Notes under the pieces: model-generated
Told to the model about the DNA's origin: nothing
Databases searched by the model: none
Seen by the model: the letters and a program-made list of their open reading frames with translations, nothing else
Part shown: piece after piece, positions 17,818 to 28,058 of the stretch
Layout: each line of letters opens with the position of its first letter
Position numbering within the stretch: position 1 is the stretch's first letter
Position numbers and translations under genes: made by a program
DNA from: Myxococcota bacterium
Lineage (GTDB): Bacteria > Myxococcota_A > Polyangia > Nannocystales > Nannocystaceae
Reading direction: 5' to 3'
DNA length: 64,000 nt
NCBI GenBank assembly: GCA_039028615.1
Contig: JBCCHT010000024.1
Location: 64,001 to 128,000 of the forward strand

Positions 17818-20703
17818 TTGGGGACAGAGGGTCTACGGGATACGAGAATCCGCACGACGTGCGATGCTCGGGCGCCAGAGTCCAGTGATTCGGGAGAACC
17901 CGAGTTACTCGAGTCGGGCGCGACCGTCGGCCGTTACCTGATCCTCGACGTTCTCGGCTCCGGTGGCATGAGCGTCGTCTACGGCGCCTACGATCCGCAG
18001 CTCGATCGTCGCGTCGCGCTCAAGCTGATGCGGACCGCCGACGACGGTCGTCTCCGACAGCACGTCCGTGATCGCCTGATGCGAGAGGGGCAGGCGCTCG
18101 CTCGCCTCGCCCATCCCAACGTCGTGGCGGTGCACGACGTCGGCATGCTCGCCGACCAGGTCTTCGTCGCGATGGAGTACGTCGAGGGCCAGACGCTGGC
18201 GGAGTGGCTCGACGACGAGCACTCGCGCGACGATGTGCTCGAGGTGTTCCGTCACGCGGGCGAAGGCCTGGCCGCGGCCCACGCCGAAGGGCTGGTGCAC
18301 CGCGACTTCAAGCCGGCCAACGTGATGATCGACCCCAGCGGTCGCGTGCGCGTGGTGGACTTCGGCCTGGCTCGGCCCAGCGGTGCGCAGTCCAGCGACG
18401 TGGTCGGCGGTGACTCCGACTTGATGGCGGTTCGAACCGCGCTCAGCGGAGACGGGGCCCAGAGCACCGATGCGTTGGGCGTGCCGCTGACGGTGACTGG
18501 CGCGGTGATGGGGACGCCGGCGTACATGGCCCCCGAGCAGCACAGCGGCGGCCGCAGCGGTCCGGCCACCGATCAGTTCGCGTTTTGTGTGGCGCTGTTC
18601 GAGGCGCTGTACGGCCGCCGGCCCTTTGCCGGCCGAAGCCGCGCCGAGCTGCGGGCCAACGTGCTGCACGGGCGCCTGCGAGAGCCGCCCCGCCGCCGCG
18701 ACGTTCCTCGTCGATTGCGGCGGGCCATCCTCCGGGGCTTGTCGGTGCACCCGATGCATCGTTGGCCATCGATGCGGGCGCTGCTGGCCGAGCTTCAGCA
18801 CGTACCTCGGGCGCAGCGTCGACGCCGAGTGGCGGTGGTCGTGGCCGTGCTGGGGGTCGGTGCCATCCCGCTGAGCAACAGCGCGCTGCTGGGGAGCGAC
18901 CCGGGGGCCTGCGTCGAAGCGCTGTCGATGACCGGGGTGTGGGACGAGGCTCGCCACGCTGCGCTGGCCAAGCGCATGAGCGCGAGCGAGGTCCCGTGGG
19001 TCGCCGAGGCGTGGCCCGACATCGCGGCTCGCCTCGACACGCACGCCGATCGATGGACCCGCGCTCGCGATGCGGTCTGCGAGATCGAGCCCGAACCTTC
19101 CATGGCCCAGCTCGATTGCCTTCGCGACGAGCGGACACACATGGGCGAGGTGCTCGCGGTGCTCGGGCAAGGGGGACCCGACGCGGTTCAGCTGGCCTAC
19201 GAGCGTCTGTCCGCGATGCCGGATCCCTGGAGCTGCGGTGACTCGGACTCCACCGAAGCACAGATCGCCGAAGTCGCTCCGACGGTCGCCGACCTGCGGC
19301 AGCAGCTGATGGATCTGCAGATCCAGCTCGCCGCCGTGGATGCCCGTGCCGTGCCCGAGCACAGCATGGGGCTGTTGGCGGCGGCCGAAGAATCGGGGGA
19401 CCAGGGGCTCGAGGCCGAGGCGTGGTTGCTGCACGGCCGGGTGCTCATGGCGGCGGAGCGCTGGGACGACGCCGAGCCGGCCCTGGAGCGAGCGTGGCGT
19501 CGAGCAATCTCGGCGCAGGACGACGCCACCGCCTTCTCGGCCGCCCTCGCCCTCGTGCACGTGAGCTCGGCGAAAGGGCGCAGCCGTGATGCGCTCGGTT
19601 GGGTCCGCGACGCGGCGGCCTTCGAAGCGCGCGGCGGGCAGGGGCCCTTGGATCGAGCGCGGCTTCGGGTGGCCGAGGCGCTCGCCGACCGTGGCCGAGG
19701 GGAGACCGACCTGGCGCGGCAGCGGCTGAACGAAGCGCTGGACGTTCGCCGCTCGATCTTGGGCGCGGGCTCGCCGGGCGTGGCCGAAGTTCGGCTCCAG
19801 CTCGGTGCGCTCGAGCGAGCCGAGGGACGCACGTCCGAGGCGGTGATGCATTACCGGGAAGCCAAGGCGGCGCTCGAGCGGAGCCTCGGCCCGGAGGATC
19901 ATCGCGTCATCGAGCTCGAGCTGCGCCTGGGCGAGGCCCTGCTCGCGGCGGGCGACACCCAGCCCGCCCAAGAGGCCCTCGGGCGAGGCTTGGCGACGGC
20001 TCGTCGAGTGTTTGCCACCAATGCACCGCAGCTGGTCGGTGCGCTGCTCGAGGCGGCCGAAATTCATCGCGCGCTCGGCCTCGTCGAAGACGCCGAGTCG
20101 CTGCATCGCGAGGCCGAGTTCGTCGCGCGGGCCCGGCTCGAGCCGCGTGACCCTCGCTTGGCGCGTGCCGTGTTCCGCCGGGCCGTCGATCTGCGCCGTC
20201 GCGATGAGCTGGAAGACGCCGAGACGCTGCTGCGAGAGGCGCTGGAGCTCGAGCGGGCGGCGGGACCCCATCATCCTCGAGTGGCAGCGGTGCTCGACGA
20301 GCTGGCCCGGGTTCGACGCGCGCGCGGTGAGCCGAAGGACGCGCTCGCGTTGTCCCGCGCGGCCGAGTCGATCTGGCGAGCCGAACCCGATGCCGCTGCC
20401 GGACTCGCGCAGTCGTTGGTGCTCGCCGCCTGGTCGCTGCTCGACGACGACGATCCGGGCATGGCGCTGGCCAAGCTCGATCAGGCGCTGGCGATCATCG
20501 AGCGTCGACGAATCCCCGGCCCGCTCGAGGCGCGGGCGCGGTTGCTGAGGGCACGCGGACTCTTGGCCGTCGACCCGGACTCGGTGCTCGCTCGTCGCGA
20601 GGCCCGAGCCGCGGCGGCGCATCTCGATGCGCTGCGAACGACCCACGCCACGCTGCGCGACGAGGTCGACCGCTGGCTGAGTGCGCACGACGACCAGCCC
20701 TGA
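17818..20703 (+). CDS. Ser/Thr protein kinase with transmembrane segment and TPR repeats
   Basis: LGSGGMSVVY, VALK, HRDFKPANV, DFGLA, GTPAYMAPEQ, DQFAFC; TPR-like C-terminus. Confidence 0.92.
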   Translation: MGTEGLRDTRIRTTCDARAPESSDSGEPELLESGATVGRYLILDVLGSGGMSVVYGAYDPQLDRRVALKLMRTADDGRLRQHVRDRLMREGQALARLAHPNVVAVHDVGMLADQVFVAMEYVEGQTLAEWLDDEHSRDDVLEVFRHAGEGLAAAHAEGLVHRDFKPANVMIDPSGRVRVVDFGLARPSGAQSSDVVGGDSDLMAVRTALSGDGAQSTDALGVPLTVTGAVMGTPAYMAPEQHSGGRSGPATDQFAFCVALFEALYGRRPFAGRSRAELRANVLHGRLREPPRRRDVPRRLRRAILRGLSVHPMHRWPSMRALLAELQHVPRAQRRRRVAVVVAVLGVGAIPLSNSALLGSDPGACVEALSMTGVWDEARHAALAKRMSASEVPWVAEAWPDIAARLDTHADRWTRARDAVCEIEPEPSMAQLDCLRDERTHMGEVLAVLGQGGPDAVQLAYERLSAMPDPWSCGDSDSTEAQIAEVAPTVADLRQQLMDLQIQLAAVDARAVPEHSMGLLAAAEESGDQGLEAEAWLLHGRVLMAAERWDDAEPALERAWRRAISAQDDATAFSAALALVHVSSAKGRSRDALGWVRDAAAFEARGGQGPLDRARLRVAEALADRGRGETDLARQRLNEALDVRRSILGAGSPGVAEVRLQLGALERAEGRTSEAVMHYREAKAALERSLGPEDHRVIELELRLGEALLAAGDTQPAQEALGRGLATARRVFATNAPQLVGALLEAAEIHRALGLVEDAESLHREAEFVARARLEPRDPRLARAVFRRAVDLRRRDELEDAETLLREALELERAAGPHHPRVAAVLDELARVRRARGEPKDALALSRAAESIWRAEPDAAAGLAQSLVLAAWSLLDDDDPGMALAKLDQALAIIERRRIPGPLEARARLLRARGLLAVDPDSVLARREARAAAAHLDALRTTHATLRDEVDRWLSAHDDQP

Positions 20704-20716
20704 AAATCCGAGCGCC

Positions 20717-21598
20717 TCAGCGGCGCACGACGACGCTCGTGGCGACGGCCTGACTCCAGACGTTGCCGCGGTTCCACAGCTCAGTGTCGGAACCATCGCA
20801 GTGGATGGGGCGGTACCCGAGTTTTGTTGCCAAGTAGACGTCGCCCTCGTCGCTACGGATGGTCAATGGACCTCCATCGAACCTCTCTACGAGCTGGCCT
20901 CGGGCATCGAGGGCCGATACGCCCGTGAGCGCCAGGCACTCGAACTCGTCGTAGGGGTCTGGAAGGAGTTCGTCGTCGATGCAGGGCTCTGGGAATCGCG
21001 CCGCTCCCAGTTCCAGGGCCGATATGCGCAGGTCGTCGGTCTTCTGGAGCAGCATGGTCTCGCCGCGCTGCACTCTCATGCTGTACACGGCCTCGTCGCC
21101 GTGGGTGTGACGGGGCCCGAGCTCGCGGAAGTAAGAGAGCGTGAGGGGGTCGTCGCCCAGATCGATGCCGAGCCCCGAGACCACGAGTTCGACCGTGCCG
21201 CCCTTTTCAAAGGGCGCTTCGTTGTCGACGCAGGTGAGCGTGATGGTGGTGACGAGCGTCTCCGTGCTGTCGTCGATGTGACTGGTCGAGACGCTGCAGC
21301 CCAGCTCGGCCGTGAAGTTGTTGGCCCAGGGAGATTCTTCGACCACCTCGGCGACACCGCGGTTGGGGTCGGAGATGGAGAAGCTATTGGCCGGCTCGGG
21401 GCAAGCCGGGATGCCGTCCGCTTCCGTTTCTTCCTCGGGTTCTCCGGGTTCATCGCCCGTGGAGGGGTCTGGTTCGTCGTCGGTGTCTTCGGCGCTGCTC
21501 CCGGGCAGGGGATCGGGGCCGGGGTCGCAGCCGGCGAGGAGCGCTCCGCACACAGCGGCCAGCGCCCAAGGACGCCTGTAGTCTTTGAAATAAGCCAT
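20717..21598 (-). CDS. Hypothetical lipoprotein
   Basis: MAYFKDYRRPWALAAVCGALLAGC signal and lipobox, acidic linker, several Cys. Confidence 0.65.
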   Translation of the reverse strand: MAYFKDYRRPWALAAVCGALLAGCDPGPDPLPGSSAEDTDDEPDPSTGDEPGEPEEETEADGIPACPEPANSFSISDPNRGVAEVVEESPWANNFTAELGCSVSTSHIDDSTETLVTTITLTCVDNEAPFEKGGTVELVVSGLGIDLGDDPLTLSYFRELGPRHTHGDEAVYSMRVQRGETMLLQKTDDLRISALELGAARFPEPCIDDELLPDPYDEFECLALTGVSALDARGQLVERFDGGPLTIRSDEGDVYLATKLGYRPIHCDGSDTELWNRGNVWSQAVATSVVVRR

Positions 21599-21750
21599 GG
21601 TGAGCCACGAGTCGCGACCGCAGCGGATTCGATCGGTTTGAAACGCGATGAAAGGTCGTCGCCCCGCCGTGGGCGCGTTTTCGGTAGAATTGAGGGCGAA
21701 ACGGCATTCTTCGAGCCGATCTTGGCTCGTCGTTCGCTCTAGCTTCTCAG

Positions 21751-23265
21751 ATGCGTCGCTCATCGTTCCCCCCGGCATCGATCTGTTTGTGCGCTGCGCT
21801 GTTGTGCGCGAGTGCGTGCGGGCCGAGCATCGTTCCCGAGGGCGACGGCACGGGGGGCGACGATCTCCCGCTGACCTCGACCTCGGCCGCGACCCCCGGG
21901 GAAGACGAGACCTCGGTCCCGGAGCCCATCGACGATGTCGAGCACGGTGACGTCGGCGAGCCCGAGTGCACGGGGACCCCGGATTGCCCGCTGTCGCTCG
22001 ACGTCCTGGTGGTCGTGGACAACTCGAACACCATGGCGGGCCAGCAGGCGCTGCTGAACTCCACGATGGTGCAGCTCGGCCGACAGCTGACCGAGATCGA
22101 AGATCTCGATGGCAACCCGCTGGTCATCGACAACCACGTCATGGTGACGACCACGGACCTGTCCAATCCGCTATGCGAGCCCTTCACGCCGGCGGGCTAC
22201 GAGCCCGCCGCCGGGTCTCCCGTCTCGACGGCGTGCACGGACCGCTTGGAGCACTTCACCGCCGCTTCGGGTGACCCCTCGATCCCCGAGGCGTGCACGG
22301 ATATCTGCCCGCAGGGGGTGGCCCCGGACGGGCCCTTCGTCATTTTTGGTGCCGACGAGTCGAACCTCCCCGACGTCGAGCCCATCGACGTCGATGGCGA
22401 TGGTGAGTCGGACTCCCCGGCGTCTCAGGCCCTGGCATGCCTGGGCGCGGTGGGGATCAGCGGCTGCGGCTACGAGTCACCGCTCGAGGCGATGCGGCGA
22501 GCGCTCGATCCGGGGGCCGCGCACAACCTCGGGCCCGATGCCTTCCTGCGCCCGAACTCGATCCTCGCCATCATCATCATCACCGACGAACTCGATTGCT
22601 CGGTCCAAGACGAGTCGCTCATGGAGGACCCGTCGGCGTGGAGCGTCGATCCCGACCTGGGCATGCCCTTCCCCTCCTCGGCGCTGTGCTGGAACGCGGG
22701 GGTGGAGTGCGAGGGCCCCAATGCGCAAGGCGAGTACGGTAACTGCGTTTCGATCGCAGACGGGCGGCTGCACACCGTCGATGGCTACGTCGAGTTCCTG
22801 AACACGCAGCTGGGGGCGGTGACGGACCGCGACGTGTTCATGTTGCCCATCGTCGGGGTGCCCGTGGTCCTGGCCCACAACGCCAACCCGCCCTTCGAAC
22901 CAATCGCAGGCGGGGCGCCGGATATGGTCTATCGCGACTGGGTCGATGCCCCGTTCCCCGCAGGTGATCTGTCCGAGGAGGACCTGGCCGAAGGCATCGA
23001 CGCGGACGACAAGCGCTTCGAGTACGGCATCGGCCCCGGTTGTTCGACCTTCGGAAACCCGCCGACCACCCTGCGCCAAGGCATTGCGCCGCGCCGGATG
23101 CTGGATGTTTGCCAGAGCCTCAACTCCAAGGATGGAGAGGGGCAGGAACGGATTCGGTGCTGCGTGGAGTCGATCTGCGACGACAGCCCCCGCGGCACGA
23201 TGAATTGCCTGAGCGGGATGGTGGGGTCGCAGTACGGCTCTCTCAGCCCCCTCCCCAAGGGCTGA
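21751..23265 (+). CDS. Cys-rich vWA-like lipoprotein (myxobacterial family)
   Basis: ASAC lipobox; MIDAS-like DVLVVVDNSNTM; GCGYESPLEAM; FLRPNSILAIIIITDELDCS. Confidence 0.7.
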   Translation: MRRSSFPPASICLCAALLCASACGPSIVPEGDGTGGDDLPLTSTSAATPGEDETSVPEPIDDVEHGDVGEPECTGTPDCPLSLDVLVVVDNSNTMAGQQALLNSTMVQLGRQLTEIEDLDGNPLVIDNHVMVTTTDLSNPLCEPFTPAGYEPAAGSPVSTACTDRLEHFTAASGDPSIPEACTDICPQGVAPDGPFVIFGADESNLPDVEPIDVDGDGESDSPASQALACLGAVGISGCGYESPLEAMRRALDPGAAHNLGPDAFLRPNSILAIIIITDELDCSVQDESLMEDPSAWSVDPDLGMPFPSSALCWNAGVECEGPNAQGEYGNCVSIADGRLHTVDGYVEFLNTQLGAVTDRDVFMLPIVGVPVVLAHNANPPFEPIAGGAPDMVYRDWVDAPFPAGDLSEEDLAEGIDADDKRFEYGIGPGCSTFGNPPTTLRQGIAPRRMLDVCQSLNSKDGEGQERIRCCVESICDDSPRGTMNCLSGMVGSQYGSLSPLPKG

Positions 23266-23284
23266 GGCCCACGCTCACGGGCGC

Positions 23285-23743
23285 CTAGCGCTTCGGCAAG
23301 AGGCCGTCGAGTGGGTTCTTGCGCTCGGGAGCGGGCGGCGGCGGAGCCCCCGACTCGTCGAGGATGCCGACGATGGCAATCTCGCCCGGGTCCTCGGCGT
23401 CGTAGCGAATGTCCAGCTTGGCCCCGCGGACGTAGGTTTGCAGCTGGATGGCATCGAAGACCTCGTACACGATGGCTCGGTAGGCCTCGCCCTCCTTCGG
23501 CACGACCTCGAGGGTGAGCTTGATCTCCGGGTTGCGGTTGTACCGGTTCCCCGTGTCGACCAGCTCGACGATGGTCGCGGTGGCGGGCTGGCCCGTGGCG
23601 CGCAACTTCTTGGCGCGCTCGGCCGCGCAGAACTGGCTGCCGAACACGATGCTGACCGCGAAGATCGCGATCGTGAACACCACCAGCGGAACGAAGCGGG
23701 CGGGGTTGTCTTTGTTGGACGCGGCGCGGTCGGACTCGGACAT
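23285..23743 (-). CDS. Small membrane protein, DUF3592-like
   Basis: One transmembrane helix, then LRATGQPATATIV...GAKLDIRYDAEDPGEIAI. Confidence 0.65.
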   Translation of the reverse strand: MSESDRAASNKDNPARFVPLVVFTIAIFAVSIVFGSQFCAAERAKKLRATGQPATATIVELVDTGNRYNRNPEIKLTLEVVPKEGEAYRAIVYEVFDAIQLQTYVRGAKLDIRYDAEDPGEIAIVGILDESGAPPPPAPERKNPLDGLLPKR

Positions 23744-23814
23744 GATTCGGGTGCTCGGCGTAGATGTTCCCACGCCGACGCGCCCGGATCACTGGAGCCC
23801 AAAATGGCCCGCGC

Positions 23815-26160
23815 TCAGCCGATGGGCATGCAGACCTCGAGCGGCCCCGTCTCGTTGTTGTCCTCGAGGCACTCGTTGAAGCTGCCCATCGAGTTGCCCG
23901 CATCGTCCACGACCACCGTGATCTCGAAGGGCGCGTTGCCCGGGTTGGGGATCTGGACCTCGAGGGTCTCGGAGCCCCCCGCCGGAATGGGGTTCTGCGT
24001 CTGCACGGTGGTCAGCAGGCCCTCGTCGGAGTCGTAGATCGAGACGTTGACGCCGGGGCCCACGCCCAGGCAGCCCTGGTTGAGGACCTTGACCGTCAGC
24101 TCGATGTCCGGGCAGGGCAGGGACGGGATCATCAGGTCGGTGGCCACGAGGTCGGGGGCGCACAGCTGCTCGAGGTCGCCCTGACCGTTGCGCCGATAGC
24201 TGTTGAAGGACTCCCAGTTGGGCGTCTCGACGGCGGGGATCGAGCCGTCGATCTCCACGTTGGTCACGTGATAGGTGTGCTGATTCCAGATGGGCCGGGT
24301 GCCGACCCAGTTGTCGAGGCGGTCCTCGAAGACCTCGATGCCCGCGTCACCGATCGCGCCCTGACCGGACTCGTTGTTCGTACTGATCACGATCTCGGCT
24401 TTGAAGTCGCCGTCGACGTCCGCGACGATCGGGTACTCGCTGCGCGTTCGCGAGGAGTTGATGTCGAAGAAGAGGATCTCCTCGTCGGTCATCACCCCGT
24501 CGCAGTTGGCTCCGCCGACGTCGCAGTCGGGCTCGGTGCCGGGGTAGATCCGCAGGTGCCACTCGTCGCCGTAGATGACCTCGGAGCGTCCGTCGCCGTC
24601 GAAGTCGAACACCGAGGAGCCCGTGCGCTGCGAGGAGCCGTCCTTGGTCTCGGCTTGCCACAGCTCGGTCATGCCGTCGACGGCGTTGTAGCGCGCGACG
24701 ACGTAGTTGTTGCCGCCCGCGGTGCCCACGTCGGGGAAGCCGTCGCCGTCGAAGTCGGCGATGTTGGGCGGGCCGCCCGAGCCACCGCCAGGGATGGTGA
24801 GCGAGCCCAGCGTGGCGCCGCTGAGGCCGTCGTAGATGTAGATGCTGCCGCTGCGCACGTTGACGACCTCGGGGCTGCCGTCGAGGTCGAAGTCGGCCAC
24901 GCCGCAGTAGCCGTCGCTTTGGGCCGCGGTCCACATCTCGGAGCCGTCGAAGTCGACGCCGACGGTCCCGGTGAAGGTGTACACGGTGCCGCCCGCGATG
25001 AGCTCGGGGCGGTCGTCGCCGTCGAGGTCGGCCACGCACGACAGCGGCCCCACGCTGCCGTTGGACCCCACCGCGCCCGAGGTCATGTTCCAGATGAGCA
25101 GGCCGTTGGCATCGAACACGTTGCGGCCATGGACGATCTCGGGCAGGCCGGTGTTGTCCATGTTGACGATGGAGGGCGAGCCGCTGCGGCCTCCTCCGCT
25201 GTGATTGTCGGAGACCCAGATCGGAGTCCCCGTGGCACCGTCGACCGCGATGAGGTTCTGACCCGTGCCCGGCACCACGATCTCGGGCATCCCGTCGCCG
25301 TCGATGTCACCGATGGCGGGGGTCGAGCCGGGGTCGGTACGGTAGGCGTCGTCGCTCAGCGTCCACACGTGGCTGCCGTCCGAGCCGCTGATCGCCCGCA
25401 GGATGCCGTTCGCCGTGTAGGCCGAGTTCTGATAGGTGTTGAAGATGATCTCGGGGGTGCAGTCGCCATCGACGTCGGCGACCATCGGCGACATCACGCA
25501 CTGGTGAAACTCGGGGAAGTCGTCCTTGGCGATCTCCACGTGATTCCAGGTGGGCTCGCAGAAGCCGTCGACGCAGATTTCCTCGACCTGGCAGCCGAGG
25601 TCGCAGGCGCGTTGCTGCCGGGTGCCCCAGGTGAAGCGGGGAATGGGGTCGAACACGCCGATGTCCGGCTCGAAGGCGCAGGTGGGGTCGGCGAAGTTGG
25701 GCACGCACAGGCCCAGCTGCGGGTCACAAATCTCGCCGTCGTTGCAATCCGACTCGACGGTGGTGGCACACACGGCGGAGTTGCACGAGCCGCCCGGGAC
25801 GATGCACTGACCCACGTAGCAGACCTCGCCGCCGGCACAGCACACGTCGCCGCAGGCGGGCTCGGCCCCGCAATCGGGCACGCACACGCCGGCCTCGCAG
25901 CTGTCGCCCGGGTCGCAGCAGTTTTCGCCGCAGACCAGCTCTTCGGCGCAGCCACCCGCCGTGGTGTCGGCGCCCGTGCCTTGGCTCTCGTCGCCGAGGT
26001 CGTCACCGTCCGTCGCGGTACCCGTGCCCGTGCCCGGGACCGGGATGCCGCCGCTGTTCGTGTCGTCCGTGCCGTCGCCGCTGCCCCCCGGGCAGGCGGT
26101 CAGCGCCAGCGAGGTGAGCACGAGCAGGAACGGGGCGCGGACGTCCAGGTGTCGGGACAC
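23815..26160 (-). CDS. Lipoprotein with a Cys-rich region, FG-GAP/VCBS repeats and a C-terminal CARDB domain
   Basis: LALTAC lipobox; many D-x-D-G-D-G-x-P-E/D motifs; C-terminal PDLV...VLNQG...VVVDD...ECLEDNN. Start placed at GTG 26160. Confidence 0.82.
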   Translation of the reverse strand: MSRHLDVRAPFLLVLTSLALTACPGGSGDGTDDTNSGGIPVPGTGTGTATDGDDLGDESQGTGADTTAGGCAEELVCGENCCDPGDSCEAGVCVPDCGAEPACGDVCCAGGEVCYVGQCIVPGGSCNSAVCATTVESDCNDGEICDPQLGLCVPNFADPTCAFEPDIGVFDPIPRFTWGTRQQRACDLGCQVEEICVDGFCEPTWNHVEIAKDDFPEFHQCVMSPMVADVDGDCTPEIIFNTYQNSAYTANGILRAISGSDGSHVWTLSDDAYRTDPGSTPAIGDIDGDGMPEIVVPGTGQNLIAVDGATGTPIWVSDNHSGGGRSGSPSIVNMDNTGLPEIVHGRNVFDANGLLIWNMTSGAVGSNGSVGPLSCVADLDGDDRPELIAGGTVYTFTGTVGVDFDGSEMWTAAQSDGYCGVADFDLDGSPEVVNVRSGSIYIYDGLSGATLGSLTIPGGGSGGPPNIADFDGDGFPDVGTAGGNNYVVARYNAVDGMTELWQAETKDGSSQRTGSSVFDFDGDGRSEVIYGDEWHLRIYPGTEPDCDVGGANCDGVMTDEEILFFDINSSRTRSEYPIVADVDGDFKAEIVISTNNESGQGAIGDAGIEVFEDRLDNWVGTRPIWNQHTYHVTNVEIDGSIPAVETPNWESFNSYRRNGQGDLEQLCAPDLVATDLMIPSLPCPDIELTVKVLNQGCLGVGPGVNVSIYDSDEGLLTTVQTQNPIPAGGSETLEVQIPNPGNAPFEITVVVDDAGNSMGSFNECLEDNNETGPLEVCMPIG

Positions 26161-26383
26161 ACGGAAAGAGGCCTTCACGGTTTGGTTAGACCCCGGAAAC
26201 CCGGTTTTATCTGCCGGCCAATAGCGGTCGATGATGCCCGGGCCCGTCGGGCTCGACAGCATCCAACGAGGCTCTGCGTGACGGAATTCGAGGCCGAGCA
26301 TTCCGCGCGGAGCGGCGGCCCGCGAATTGTGCGCAAGAAAAACTCGACTGCGACACCCCCGCGCTACTCTCGTCTTGCTTCTC

Positions 26384-27979
26384 GTGAGGACACTACGGCC
26401 GAGCATCTGGGGATTCGCGTTGATCTTGATCGGCTGCGGTGGCGACGACGGGGGGGCCACGGGCGCGGGCTCGAGCGGCGCGACCTCGGACACGGGCTCC
26501 GACGGCGACGGGACGGGACCCGGCGGTGGCTCGACCGCCGCGACCACCGATGAGCCGGGCGAAGACACCACCGCGGGCTCCGAGGGAGACACGGACTCGG
26601 ACTCGGACTCGGATACCGAGGGTCCACCGCCCTGCGAGGCGGAGAGCTTCGACGGGGCGGGCACCGAGTGGTCCCTGCCTGCGTTGGGGGGCCAGGTGCT
26701 CAACGACATGGCGGGGATCGAGGATTGCCCCGACACCACCAATGGCTTTCGCTACGCGACGACCGATCTCGATGGCGACGGCGGGCCCGACCTGGTGCTC
26801 ACGCGGGATTGCGATGGCGGCGGTATCAGCACCAACCACTGGCGGGTGCACGCCAACGACGGCAGCGGCTTCGGGGCGGCGACCGAGTGGTCGTTGCCCG
26901 ATCTCGGCGGCCAGACACTCAACGATCTGTCGGGCATCAACGACTGCCCGGACACGACCAACGGCTTTCGGTATACCTCCGCCGATCTCACGGGGGACGG
27001 GCGCGCCGACTTGGTGCTGAGCCGAGACTGCGACGGCGGAGGCATCGCGACGGACCTGTGGCGGGTGTACGAAAACGACGGTAGTGGCTTCAGCGCGACC
27101 GCGACCGCGTGGTCGTTGCCGGACCTCGGGGGGCAGGCGCTCAACGATCTCGCGGGCATCAACGACTGCCCGGGGACGACCAACGGTTTTCGCTACGCGG
27201 TGGTCGATCTGACCGAGGACGGGCGCGCGGACCTGGTGGTGACCCGCGACTGCGAGGGCGGAGGCATCGCCACCGATTTTTGGCGGGTGTACGAAAACGA
27301 TGGCAGTGGTTTCAGTGCGACCGCGACCGAGTGGGCGCTGCCCGACCTCGGAGGCCAGGCGCTCAACGATCTGGCGGGGATCAACGACTGCCCCGATACC
27401 ACCAACGGGTTCCGCTACGCGACCACCGACCTGACTGGAGACGGGCGACCCGACCTGGTCATGACGCGCGACTGCGACGGGGGAGGGATCGCGACCGACC
27501 ACTGGCGGGTGCACGAAAATACCGGGAGCGGGTTCTCGGACACGGCGATCACGTGGACGCTGCCCGATGCGGGAGGCCCGGCGTACAACGACCTGGGCGG
27601 GATCGAGGACTGCCCCGACACCACCAACGGCTTTCGCTACGGCACGGTGGACCTGACCGCCGATGGTCTTCCCGATCTGGTGATGACCCGGGACTGTGAC
27701 GGGGGAGGAATCGCGACCGATTTCTGGCGCGTGTTCCCCAACGACGGCGACGGGTTCGCGGCCACAGGCTTCGAGTGGCCCTTGCCCGATCAGGGCGGGC
27801 AGGCGCTCAACGACCTGGGTGGAATCGAGGACTGCCCCGACACCACCAACGGCTTCCGGTTCGCCACCACCGATCTGACCGGCGATGCACGCACCGACCT
27901 GGTGATGACCCGGGACTGCGGCGGCGACGGCATCGCGTCCGACTATTGGCGGGTGTTTGCGGGCGTATGCGCACGGTAG
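26384..27979 (+). CDS. Lipoprotein with six near-identical 73-74 aa FG-GAP-like repeats
   Basis: ILIGC lipobox, acidic linker, then six copies of WxLPDxGGQxLNDLxGIxDCPDTTNGFRYxTxDLTGDGRxDLVxTRDCxGGGIATDxWRV. Confidence 0.85.
   Translation: MRTLRPSIWGFALILIGCGGDDGGATGAGSSGATSDTGSDGDGTGPGGGSTAATTDEPGEDTTAGSEGDTDSDSDSDTEGPPPCEAESFDGAGTEWSLPALGGQVLNDMAGIEDCPDTTNGFRYATTDLDGDGGPDLVLTRDCDGGGISTNHWRVHANDGSGFGAATEWSLPDLGGQTLNDLSGINDCPDTTNGFRYTSADLTGDGRADLVLSRDCDGGGIATDLWRVYENDGSGFSATATAWSLPDLGGQALNDLAGINDCPGTTNGFRYAVVDLTEDGRADLVVTRDCEGGGIATDFWRVYENDGSGFSATATEWALPDLGGQALNDLAGINDCPDTTNGFRYATTDLTGDGRPDLVMTRDCDGGGIATDHWRVHENTGSGFSDTAITWTLPDAGGPAYNDLGGIEDCPDTTNGFRYGTVDLTADGLPDLVMTRDCDGGGIATDFWRVFPNDGDGFAATGFEWPLPDQGGQALNDLGGIEDCPDTTNGFRFATTDLTGDARTDLVMTRDCGGDGIASDYWRVFAGVCAR
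26669..27960 (+). repeat. Six tandem coding repeats of about 222 bp
   Basis: Unit-start Trp codons at 26669, 26888, 27110, 27332, 27554 and 27776 (spacing 219, then 222 four times). Confidence 0.9.
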
Positions 27980-28058
27980 GTCTCCGGCCGCGGCGCTGGG
28001 GTCGCGATGTCCTCGGCGATTGACCAAAACAGGAATTCTAGATACCTGTATTGGTGTG

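Noticed and set aside
17905..20796. 963-aa ORF on the minus strand
   Set aside because: Antisense shadow of the kinase-TPR gene; no motifs, and such shadows are expected at this GC content.
23764..26553. 929-aa plus-strand ORF
   Set aside because: Antisense shadow of the FG-GAP/CARDB gene.
26669..27960. Regularly spaced repeats as a possible CRISPR array
   Set aside because: Units are 219-222 bp, in frame within a CDS, vary at synonymous sites, have no unique spacers, and no cas genes are nearby.
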